NCBI GenBank assembly: GCA_021648425.1
Contig: JAKISV010000001.1
Coordinates: 1-34,361, forward strand
Direction: 5' to 3'
Length of the DNA stretch: 34,361 nucleotides
Source of the DNA: Rhizobiaceae bacterium
GTDB taxonomy: Bacteria > Pseudomonadota > Alphaproteobacteria > Rhizobiales > Rhizobiaceae
A program made the translations under genes and the position numbers. The notes under the pieces are model-generated. The model was not told the origin of the DNA and ran no database searches. It saw only the letters and a program-made list of their open reading frames with translations. Shown here one piece after another: positions 27,377 to 34,361 of this stretch; position 1 is the stretch's first letter; each line of letters opens with the position of its first letter.

Positions 27377-29323
27377 CTACCAGCCGCCACCACCGCCGCC
27401 GCCCCCGCCCCCGCCGGAAAAGCCGCCACCACCGGAAAAGCCGGAAGATGAACTTTTTGGCGTTGGCAGTGAGGCTGTAAAACTTGAGGCCATGTTATCC
27501 GCCATGCCGCCCAATGTCCTGCCAATATCGTTGCTATCAAACCTTCCGCGATACCAGCCCGGGGCATAGCTTCCAATTGTTGCTCCAGCAGCGACTGCTG
27601 CAGCGCTTGCCAACCAGGATTGAAAGGCATTCGACCAGGGTTTTTCAACACCAAGAGCAACAGCATAGGGCAGCAGGGTTTCATAATGGCGCGGTGACAT
27701 TGTTGGCACGCCAGCCAAATTCATCCGGTCTTTTTCTGCCAAAACAAGATATGTTTTCAACCCTTCCATTACATCCATTTTTTCGCGACCAAGAGAAGTT
27801 GGTGCCCCAAGCAGAAAAAAGAACAGCACATTGACTATCAATATCCCTGCCAGTGCTATTAGAAGTATGGGTTGCTCCAGGTAGTCGGTGACAAACGACA
27901 GCGTAAGTACACCGCTGGACATCAGGGTAAAGAAGAAAAATGAAGCAACAAACAGTGATGTTATTTTGGCCATCAGGCCGCTGTTCTTAAAATTCCGTAC
28001 TGCCCTGATGATAACTGCGCTGCCAGCGATTGCAGCTATTGCAATTGGTAACACCATCCCGGCAATTTCAAATCCTATTCCCTCGCTTGCAAGAATGGCA
28101 AATATACCAGCAGCAGACAAAGCAACCCCCAATATTATTGCTCCCCAGTTGTGGTTATAAAACGAGCTGCGATGTTCAGAGGTGATAGCTGACCTAAAAT
28201 TCTTTTGCATCTTGTTGACGCTGGTGCCCTCGCTTTTGATTGCCCGGATCGAGCGACCATTTCTGCCAGCCAGAAAGCTGAAAAGGGCAGCCTCACCTGT
28301 CGGCAAATCATTACCCATTGATTTACCGGTAAGCGAAATAGTGGGTTTATCGTCCAAATCCTCAATCACCACATAGCCTTTGACAGCCAGGTTAAGAATT
28401 GCAGCAGTTAGCGCCTTCCAGGCTTTTGAACCAAACCCTTTATTGTCGATATAGTTGATAAGCGCGGGAGACAAATCATCGGTGATGTCCCAGCGCGGTG
28501 TAATAATTCCAGAGGGCGGGTCGCGACCTATTTGCCGCCATCGTAAAAAGTAGTAGGCCGAAATCAAAATCAGAACGAACAGTGCAACAATCTCACTTTT
28601 GAAATCACGCCAGAACCACTGCAATGTTTTGCCCCCAGGTGCTGCAGTAAAAAATCCGTTTTTAATCTTGATGCCGATTGTGAGACCTGCCCGACTCTGG
28701 AGAGGACGGGTGGTTTCAAAGATAATGGTATTGCTCATCGAATTGATTTCAGCTGAAGCAAACTTTTCTTTGGAACCAAATCTGCCGGTAAAAACAGTAG
28801 TTGCGAGAATTTCAACTTTTTCGGGCAACACCACACGGGCGCGAGCTTTTGTGATTGGGAATTGCCATTGCGTACCGGTGACATTCCACAACAGTTCGTC
28901 ATAGGATTCAAAGAAGCGCAATTGGCGGTCTGTGCGATAAGTGATTTCATAGACATAGCTGCCTGATTTCAGAAACACATCTTTGTTTCCGATATAAAGC
29001 CGGGTGAATTTGTTATTTGCCTGCGTGCGCCAATCGTCGGGTTTTCCGTCTCTTTTGACTGACAATATTTCAAACGCCACTTTTTTGACCGCACCATTCC
29101 TGTTTTCAACCGTGATGGGGAAGTCTCGATATATGCCGCGTTTTATTTTTCTGCCTTCTGCAATCACGCTAATACGCTCGGTTACCAGCAGATCGCCATT
29201 GGCTTCAACAACAATGTTTGAATAAAAATCTGTGATTGTCTCTGCCGCGTGGCCAGCGGTTGAGAACAATGCCATCATAATAATTATAAGTGCATGAATG
29301 GGGTATTTAGACTGCGATATCAT
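27377..29323 (-). CDS. DUF2207-domain membrane protein with a Gly-rich C-terminal tail
   Basis: 648 aa with a signal peptide (..ALFSTAGHA). The N-terminal block FYSNIVVEANGDLLVTERISVIAEG..GIYRDFPI is typical of DUF2207. Several TM helices lie in the C-terminal half. The protein ends SSSSGFSGGGGFSGGGGGGGGGGGW. Confidence 0.8.
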   Translation of the reverse strand: MISQSKYPIHALIIIMMALFSTAGHAAETITDFYSNIVVEANGDLLVTERISVIAEGRKIKRGIYRDFPITVENRNGAVKKVAFEILSVKRDGKPDDWRTQANNKFTRLYIGNKDVFLKSGSYVYEITYRTDRQLRFFESYDELLWNVTGTQWQFPITKARARVVLPEKVEILATTVFTGRFGSKEKFASAEINSMSNTIIFETTRPLQSRAGLTIGIKIKNGFFTAAPGGKTLQWFWRDFKSEIVALFVLILISAYYFLRWRQIGRDPPSGIITPRWDITDDLSPALINYIDNKGFGSKAWKALTAAILNLAVKGYVVIEDLDDKPTISLTGKSMGNDLPTGEAALFSFLAGRNGRSIRAIKSEGTSVNKMQKNFRSAITSEHRSSFYNHNWGAIILGVALSAAGIFAILASEGIGFEIAGMVLPIAIAAIAGSAVIIRAVRNFKNSGLMAKITSLFVASFFFFTLMSSGVLTLSFVTDYLEQPILLIALAGILIVNVLFFFLLGAPTSLGREKMDVMEGLKTYLVLAEKDRMNLAGVPTMSPRHYETLLPYAVALGVEKPWSNAFQSWLASAAAVAAGATIGSYAPGWYRGRFDSNDIGRTLGGMADNMASSFTASLPTPKSSSSGFSGGGGFSGGGGGGGGGGGW

Positions 29324-29387
29324 CCGCCTATTTCCTTGCGATAAATAGCGCCCCGTGTCTGGTCTTCACTTGGATTCACTTGGGTTA

Positions 29388-29945
29388 TTATTCAAATGAA
29401 ACTTCCGGCAGTGCCCTGTCAGCTTCGTTTTCGATTTCGAAATAATCCGCCTGATCAAATTTGAAAGTATTGGCAATCAGGTTTGAGGGGAAGCTCTCTA
29501 CTTTAACATTCAATGCCCTTGCAGCGCCGTTATAATAGCGGCGTGACATTTGTATTTCGCTTTCCATTTCCCCAAGCTGATCCTGCAACTCGATGAAATT
29601 TTCGTTGGCTTTCAAATCCGGGTAATTCTCAGCCACCATCATCAGTTTACCAAGCGCCTGGGAAAGCATGCCTTCAGCCTGAGCCCGTGCGGCAATATCT
29701 CCCGAAGCAACCTGCCCGACACGTGAGCGCATCTCGGTCACTTTTTCAAAGGTTTCAGATTCGTGCTTGGCATACCCTTTGACGGTTGCCAGCAGGTTGG
29801 GAATGAGATTGGCGCGCCGTTTCAACTGGACATCAATACCACTCCATGCTTCGCGAGCCATCTGGCGCGCGTTTACCAGGCCGTTATAGGCCATGATTGC
29901 ATAACCAGCGATTGCCAACAGTATTACGATGCCGATGATATCCAT
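29388..29945 (-). CDS. lemA: LemA-family membrane protein
   Basis: 185 aa with an N-terminal TM (IIGIVILLAIAGYAIMAY), then NGLVNARQMAREAWSGIDVQLKRRANLIPNL.. and ENYPDLKANENF, which are typical LemA blocks. Confidence 0.85.
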   Translation of the reverse strand: MDIIGIVILLAIAGYAIMAYNGLVNARQMAREAWSGIDVQLKRRANLIPNLLATVKGYAKHESETFEKVTEMRSRVGQVASGDIAARAQAEGMLSQALGKLMMVAENYPDLKANENFIELQDQLGEMESEIQMSRRYYNGAARALNVKVESFPSNLIANTFKFDQADYFEIENEADRALPEVSFE

Positions 29946-30020
29946 GGGAAGGAGCCCTTTATCTGACTATTTTTTTCATCGCTGAATATACAGTGTTAAT
30001 TGTTGAACTCAATTCCCATT

Positions 30021-30045
30021 TCAGTAATTCTGAAATAATTACTGA
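30021..30045. promoter_or_regulatory. Perfect 9-bp inverted repeat with a 7-bp spacer in the LemA/PilZ divergent intergenic region
   Basis: TCAGTAATT ctgaaat AATTACTGA read directly. Confidence 0.5.
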
Positions 30046-30149
30046 TGTGATTGAAATAGAAAGAGGACCGATTCAATTTTAACTAATCGGGAACTCTCAT
30101 ACACTATTATCAAACTATTCCGGGCGGAATAACATCTTGCGAGATTGAT

Positions 30150-30473
30150 ATGCCGCCACCCGCCTTCCATAAAACTCAAAAAAATCCAAACATGCTTTTT
30201 AATCGGCCCGATGAAAAGCGCGCCAGTCGAAGGCGGCCTGCCAATGACCTCTCACAAATTTTGTTTGGCAATCAGGCTATCGGCTGCCTGGTTCACAATA
30301 TATCCGATGAGGGGGCGATGATTGAAGTTTCCACCAGTCAGGTTCCAGACCGGTTTATATTGCTCAATTACAAATCCGCCAACCGTATGGTTTGTGAAGT
30401 AGTCTGGCGAGACCATCTACGTATCGGTGTAAAATTTGTTACAATTCCAAAACCATTCAATACCGGTTTCTGA
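30150..30473 (+). CDS. Stand-alone PilZ-domain protein (predicted c-di-GMP binding)
   Basis: Both PilZ motifs are present: RxxxR (KRASRRR) and N-x-S-x-x-G (NISDEG). The start may be the ATG at 30192 instead. Neither candidate has a strong SD. Confidence 0.7.
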   Translation: MPPPAFHKTQKNPNMLFNRPDEKRASRRRPANDLSQILFGNQAIGCLVHNISDEGAMIEVSTSQVPDRFILLNYKSANRMVCEVVWRDHLRIGVKFVTIPKPFNTGF

Positions 30474-30673
30474 TAATTTCGTTATTTTTGCTGATATTTG
30501 CTGGCTTTGAAAGATGGAACCGGCCGGTGACAGAATGTCGCGAAATTTAATATTCCAATATTAGAATATATGTATATGCTAAAGTTAATAGATAGCATGT
30601 TGAAATAAGTCAGATCAAAAACCGGCGGCACTATGAGGACTAATGTGTGCCATCCATTGTTAAGGAGAGTAAG

Positions 30674-31255
30674 ATGACTAAATTCGTAAAAGCGGCTGCA
30701 ATTGCAGCAACAATAATTCTGGGCGCAACTGCAGCTAATGCGCAAAGCTATCAGATTGGTGGTGTACGTATTGCCAATCCTATCGATTCAGCCACCTGGT
30801 GGGATGGTGCGGAATTTGTCAAAGGTGACACTGTTGCAATGAATTTCGCTGATCCTGATTTCTGGATGAGTATTCCTGACCCTGAAAAACATTCAAAACT
30901 ACACGGCGCTATTACCAACCCGGCGACCTGGGCACAATTCCTGAAAGTTCAGACCTATGCCAACATGATGGACCTGAATGTTTGGAAAAAGTGGACCGAC
31001 GTTAAATCCTATGATGTGCTGATCGATCCGCAAACTTACGCCTATTGGATGCAGCCAGGTGCCTTTGAACACCTTCTGAAATCTGAACGATATGCGCAAA
31101 TCGCCAATCCGCAGGCTTATGGCATTTTGCTTGATACCGCATTGAACAATGTCGGCTATACGTTCAAGGCCCCTTCCGATTTGTTCAGCCCGATGGGCTG
31201 GGTAAACTCAATCACAGCTGTATCAGGTACGCCTGCAACACAATCTGACAGTTAA
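30674..31255 (+). CDS. Secreted hypothetical protein built from nonapeptide aromatic repeats
   Basis: ATG at 30674 preceded by AAGGAGAG. Signal peptide MTKFVKAAAIAATIILGATAANA. Eight in-register 9-residue repeats (see findings). No family recognised. Confidence 0.7.
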   Translation: MTKFVKAAAIAATIILGATAANAQSYQIGGVRIANPIDSATWWDGAEFVKGDTVAMNFADPDFWMSIPDPEKHSKLHGAITNPATWAQFLKVQTYANMMDLNVWKKWTDVKSYDVLIDPQTYAYWMQPGAFEHLLKSERYAQIANPQAYGILLDTALNNVGYTFKAPSDLFSPMGWVNSITAVSGTPATQSDS

Positions 31256-31303
31256 CAGCCTTCCAGCCCTGATCCCTCCCTTTCAGGACCTGGAAACTCT
31301 AGC

Positions 31304-31339
31304 AGGCGCGTAATTTCATTATTATGCGTCTGTTTTTTT
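31304..31339 (+). terminator. Rho-independent terminator after the repeat-protein gene
   Basis: AGGCGCGTAAT (31304-31314), loop TTCATT, then ATTATGCGTCT (31321-31331). This gives an 11-bp stem with two G-U pairs, followed by G and a T7 run (31333-31339). Confidence 0.7.
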
Positions 31340-31458
31340 GTGTTATTTTGCACAACAATTCATCGATATGTTTACTCGTTTTGCTATATGTTATTTCTCA
31401 ATGCAGATTGATAACAATCTCAATAAACGGGTCTGGACCAACAGTCTGGAAATATGAC

Positions 31459-32298
31459 ATGGCTACGGTGAATATCGTCAGAGCAAAAATTGGTAAATTA
31501 CTGGCTCGCATTCTGGTCAAGGAGTCTTCGGGCTACCATCCTTATACGCCTTCTGATTTTGATACCCTTTGGTCGACACTCGAACCAGGCGACATATTGC
31601 TGGTTGAGGGAAATCAGCATGTTTCGGCAGCCATAAAATATCTCACCCAGTCAACCTGGTCCCATGCAGCATTTTATGTTGGTCATGTCCTGCCTCGCCC
31701 TACACGTGATGAAAATGGTATCAGACCGGAACGTCCGCGTTTGATAGAAGTCAATCTGGGGGATGGCTGTATTGCGACACCGCTTTCGCGCTACCAGAGT
31801 TTCAATACCCGCATCTGTCGCCCGGTCGGCCTGTCTGAAAAAGACAAGCGTAAAGTAGTGGAATTCATGATTTCGAAAATCGGTCTCAAATATGATTTGC
31901 GCAATATTTTTGACCTGTTGCGATATTTCATCCCCACGCCGCCGGTGCCGGTTTCCTGGCGAAGAAAAATGCTTGCTTTTGGCTCCGGTGATGCCACCAG
32001 GGCAATTTGTTCATCTCTTATTGCCCAGGCCTATCAGTCAATTGACTATCCAATCCTGCCAGAGATAACCGCAGCTGCCGGGCGCACCCGGGCGCGCTCA
32101 ACCTATTCGCGGTCAGAAATATTGCATATTCGCCATCATTCTTTATTCGCCCCGCGCGATTTTGATCTTTCGCCGTATTTTGAAATAGTCAAACCCACAC
32201 TGCAAAAAGAGTTTGATTATAAAGACCTGTCATTCAGCGGCAAAACATCCAATCGCGATGTGTTGCGGCGAAGCGGTGGTGGAAAGCCACAGCAGTAG
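31459..32298 (+). CDS. YiiX/YaeF-like permuted papain-fold (NlpC/P60 superfamily) hydrolase homologue
   Basis: I prefer the ATG at 31459 (MATVNIVRAK..). The track's N-terminal extension is low-complexity and overlaps the terminator. LEPGDILLVEGNQHVSAAIKYLTQSTWSHAAFYVG and the later Cys block RAICSSLIAQAY fit the permuted His...Cys arrangement as I recall it. Confidence 0.6.
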   Translation: MATVNIVRAKIGKLLARILVKESSGYHPYTPSDFDTLWSTLEPGDILLVEGNQHVSAAIKYLTQSTWSHAAFYVGHVLPRPTRDENGIRPERPRLIEVNLGDGCIATPLSRYQSFNTRICRPVGLSEKDKRKVVEFMISKIGLKYDLRNIFDLLRYFIPTPPVPVSWRRKMLAFGSGDATRAICSSLIAQAYQSIDYPILPEITAAAGRTRARSTYSRSEILHIRHHSLFAPRDFDLSPYFEIVKPTLQKEFDYKDLSFSGKTSNRDVLRRSGGGKPQQ

Positions 32299-32362
32299 CT
32301 GGTTTAAGAATATCAGCCTGACAGCAAGTGAAAAAATGCTTGATTTTTTCATGTACGTGAGA

Positions 32363-32377
32363 TTAATTGACAATTAA
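32363..32377. promoter_or_regulatory. Perfect 15-bp palindrome TTAATTGaCAATTAA overlapping a TTGACA -35 hexamer upstream of the XRE-cupin regulator
   Basis: Read directly. TTGACA is at 32367-32372, and a TCAAAT -10 candidate follows after an 18-nt spacer (32391-32396). The ATG is at 32411. Confidence 0.55.
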
Positions 32378-32410
32378 GTTTCTAACACTCTCAAATTTCA
32401 AGCTGATTTT

Positions 32411-33025
32411 ATGACCCTCAGCACGCTCATTCAAACTGCAAAATCTGGCCATTCGCCAAGTATTGATGTTGTTGGTGCCAGCCAACTGGGTAACGATATC
32501 CGTGCTCTGCGTAAATCTCGCGGCCTGACATTAATTGAATTTGGCGAACAACTGGGTCGTTCTGTTGGCTTCATTTCCCAGCTCGAACGCGGCATCTCTG
32601 AGCCTTCAATTTCCGATTTGCGCAAAATCGCAGCCTTGTTTGGCGTGCCGATCAGTCTGTTTTTTGGTCAAAACGAAGGTGACCCCGCCGAGCATGGATT
32701 TATAGTGCGCGCCGGTTCACGTCGCAAACTGGGCGGTGAAGGCAGCGCGCTGGTTGAAGAATTGCTGTCACCGGATCTTGGAGGCAGCTTTGAAATCATT
32801 CGCAGTGAGTTTGCTCCCGGCGCTGAGCGTACCCGGCTTTTAACCCGCGACACCCAGGAGGCCGGCTATATTGTATCGGGGAACCTTGATCTGGAAATTG
32901 ACGGCAAATGGTTTGAACTTGGGCCTGGTGATTCATTTCGCTTCAACGCCGTACCCATGCGATGGCGCAATAAAGGCTCGACAAAAGCCGTGGCAATCTG
33001 GGTGATTTCACCACCGGTTTATTAA
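32411..33025 (+). CDS. XRE-family HTH regulator with a C-terminal cupin domain (PuuR-like architecture)
   Basis: HTH_3 block LRKSRGLTLIEFGEQLGRSVGFISQLERGISEPSISDLRKIAALFGV. Cupin block GYIVSGNLDLEIDGKWFELGPGDSFRF. Confidence 0.8.
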   Translation: MTLSTLIQTAKSGHSPSIDVVGASQLGNDIRALRKSRGLTLIEFGEQLGRSVGFISQLERGISEPSISDLRKIAALFGVPISLFFGQNEGDPAEHGFIVRAGSRRKLGGEGSALVEELLSPDLGGSFEIIRSEFAPGAERTRLLTRDTQEAGYIVSGNLDLEIDGKWFELGPGDSFRFNAVPMRWRNKGSTKAVAIWVISPPVY

Positions 33026-33041
33026 TACGAAAGAAGGCAGG

Positions 33042-34361
33042 ATGGCAGATTTACCCTCAAGCGCAAGAGTTGTAATAATCGGTGGCGGGGTAATCGGCGC
33101 ATCGGCGCTTTACCATCTGGCAAAAGCCGGGTGGAGCGATTGTGTCCTGCTGGAAAAGAACGAATTGACCTCCGGCTCCACCTGGCATGCAGCGGGCAAT
33201 GTGCCGACTTTTTCCTCGTCCTGGTCGCAAATGCATATGCAGCGTTATTCAGCCGAGCTTTATCGCGAATTGGGTGAAGCGGTGGATTATCCGATGAATT
33301 ATCATGTCACCGGTTCAATTCGCCTGGCTCATTCAAAAGAACGTATGCAGGAATTTGAGCGCGCCAAAGGTATGGGCCGCTATCAGGGCATCGATATCGA
33401 AATCTGTTCGATCGAAGATCTGAAAAGCCATTACCCGTTTCTGGAAACCCACGATCTGGTTGGCGGGTTATATGACCCTTATGATGGCGACATCGACCCA
33501 GCCCAACTGACCCAGGCTTTGGCTAAAGGAGCAAGAGATCTGGGCGCGAAAATCATTCGCTTTTGCCCGGTAACCGGCGCAAGGCGCGAAAAAGGCGAAT
33601 GGGTGATTGAAACTCCAAAGGGTGAAATCCGATGTGAAATTGTCGTCAATGCTGCCGGCTACCGGGCACGCGAAGTCGGACTGATGTTCGGTCGTGAAGT
33701 GCCGATGATGACAATGAGCCATCAATATCTACTCACAGATGAAATACCGGAACTGAAAACCTGGAGCGATGAAAACGCAAAAAAGCTACCATTGTTGCGT
33801 GATGTGGATTCATCCTATTACCTTCGTCAGGAAAAAAACGGCCTTAATCTGGGACCATATGAGCGCAATTGCCGTGGCCACTGGCTCAATGATGATGATC
33901 TGATGCCTGAGGATTTTTCTTTCCAGCTTTATGCCGATGATCTGGAAAGGCTTGAATGGTATATTGAAGACGCCATGGCCCGCGTGCCAATCCTTGGCAG
34001 TGTGGGCGTCAACAAAGTCATCAATGGCCCCATTCCCTATACGCCGGACGGCAATGGCCTGATTGGGCCGATGCCCGGTGTACCAAATGCCTTTGAAGCC
34101 TGTGTATTTACCTTCGGCATTGCCCAGGCTGGCGGTGCGGGAAAAGTATTGGCCGAATGGGTGACCCGGGGCTGCACTGAGTGGGATATGTGGTCGTGTG
34201 ATCCTCGGCGTTTCACCGGCTTTTGCGATCGCGATTATTGCAACCAAAAAGGCATGGAAATCTATGGTTACGAATATGCCATGCATTTCCCACACAAAGA
34301 ATGGCCCGCCGGGCGAAACAAACGCCTGTCGCCGATACACAAAAAAATCACCGAACTTGGT
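33042..34361 (+). CDS. FAD-dependent oxidoreductase of the dimethylglycine/sarcosine dehydrogenase family, N-terminal 440 codons. The 3' end runs off the window
   Basis: Absent from the ORF track because it has no stop in the window. Open from ATG 33042 to the window end, in frame (1320 nt). Hand translation: MADLPSSARVVIIGGGVIGASALYHLAKAGW (dinucleotide-binding GxGxxG) and ELTSGSTWHAAGN (the covalent-FAD His context of DMGDH-type enzymes). GAAGG SD upstream. Confidence 0.8.
   Translation, partial: MADLPSSARVVIIGGGVIGASALYHLAKAGWSDCVLLEKNELTSGSTWHAAGNVPTFSSSWSQMHMQRYSAELYRELGEAVDYPMNYHVTGSIRLAHSKERMQEFERAKGMGRYQGIDIEICSIEDLKSHYPFLETHDLVGGLYDPYDGDIDPAQLTQALAKGARDLGAKIIRFCPVTGARREKGEWVIETPKGEIRCEIVVNAAGYRAREVGLMFGREVPMMTMSHQYLLTDEIPELKTWSDENAKKLPLLRDVDSSYYLRQEKNGLNLGPYERNCRGHWLNDDDLMPEDFSFQLYADDLERLEWYIEDAMARVPILGSVGVNKVINGPIPYTPDGNGLIGPMPGVPNAFEACVFTFGIAQAGGAGKVLAEWVTRGCTEWDMWSCDPRRFTGFCDRDYCNQKGMEIYGYEYAMHFPHKEWPAGRNKRLSPIHKKITELG

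Noticed and set aside
27380-27454. GGC/GGG/GGT-rich tract encoding the poly-Gly tail, considered as a slippage-prone contingency locus
   Set aside because: The codons are mixed, with no long homopolymer or perfect short tandem repeat. The tail resembles a conserved family feature rather than a phase-variation tract.
31324-31458. The 45-codon N-terminal extension of the YiiX-like ORF given in the track
   Set aside because: It overlaps the upstream terminator's T-run. It encodes a Cys/Leu/Ile-rich stretch with no SD, whereas the internal ATG at 31459 begins the conserved part.
33468-34340. Minus-strand ORFs 33468-33725 and 33810-34340
   Set aside because: They are antisense to the unlisted but strongly supported DMGDH-family frame, which has GxGxxG and STWHAAGN motifs and 440 open codons.

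Overview
This is a compact chromosomal segment that looks alphaproteobacterial, judging by GyrB, PyrC and the LIV-type and Dpp/Opp-type ABC systems. GC is roughly 50% by eye; I could not compute it. I support 31 protein-coding genes. Two are edge-truncated and missing from the ORF track: a DUF4347 giant-adhesin N-terminus at 1-987 (-) and a DMGDH/sarcosine-dehydrogenase-like flavoprotein at 33042-34361 (+).

Main blocks:
1. A nine-gene minus-strand operon (1140-10555). It runs acyl-CoA synthetase, LivG/H/M-like, substrate-binding protein (SBP), LivF-like, a small membrane protein, a PaaK-like ligase and a PaaI thioesterase.
2. A dpp/opp-like peptide ABC operon in the order D-F-A-B-C, followed by a flavin reductase (10933-17246).
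3. An aldehyde dehydrogenase divergent from a Crp-family regulator.
4. A CaCA antiporter, pyrC, a half-size periplasmic-binding-like protein, a P1B-4 metal ATPase and gyrB.
5. A looser set of envelope or unknown-function genes: LemA, DUF2207, PilZ, a secreted repeat protein and a YiiX-like hydrolase.
6. An XRE-cupin regulator upstream of the flavoprotein.

I found no rRNA, tRNA, CRISPR array, transposase, integrase or recognisable defence or toxin genes. Most of the window is ordinary metabolism and transport, and I see no clearly novel multi-gene system.

The items most worth a second look are:
- a secreted protein built from a strict 9-residue aromatic repeat;
- the ABC importer bracketed by ligase homologues, one of which lacks the canonical P-loop;
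- a single-lobe PBP-like protein;
- the LemA/DUF2207 pair with a Gly11-Trp tail;
- several well-defined palindromic operator candidates.

All family assignments come from reading the translations and recalling motifs, not from database searches.
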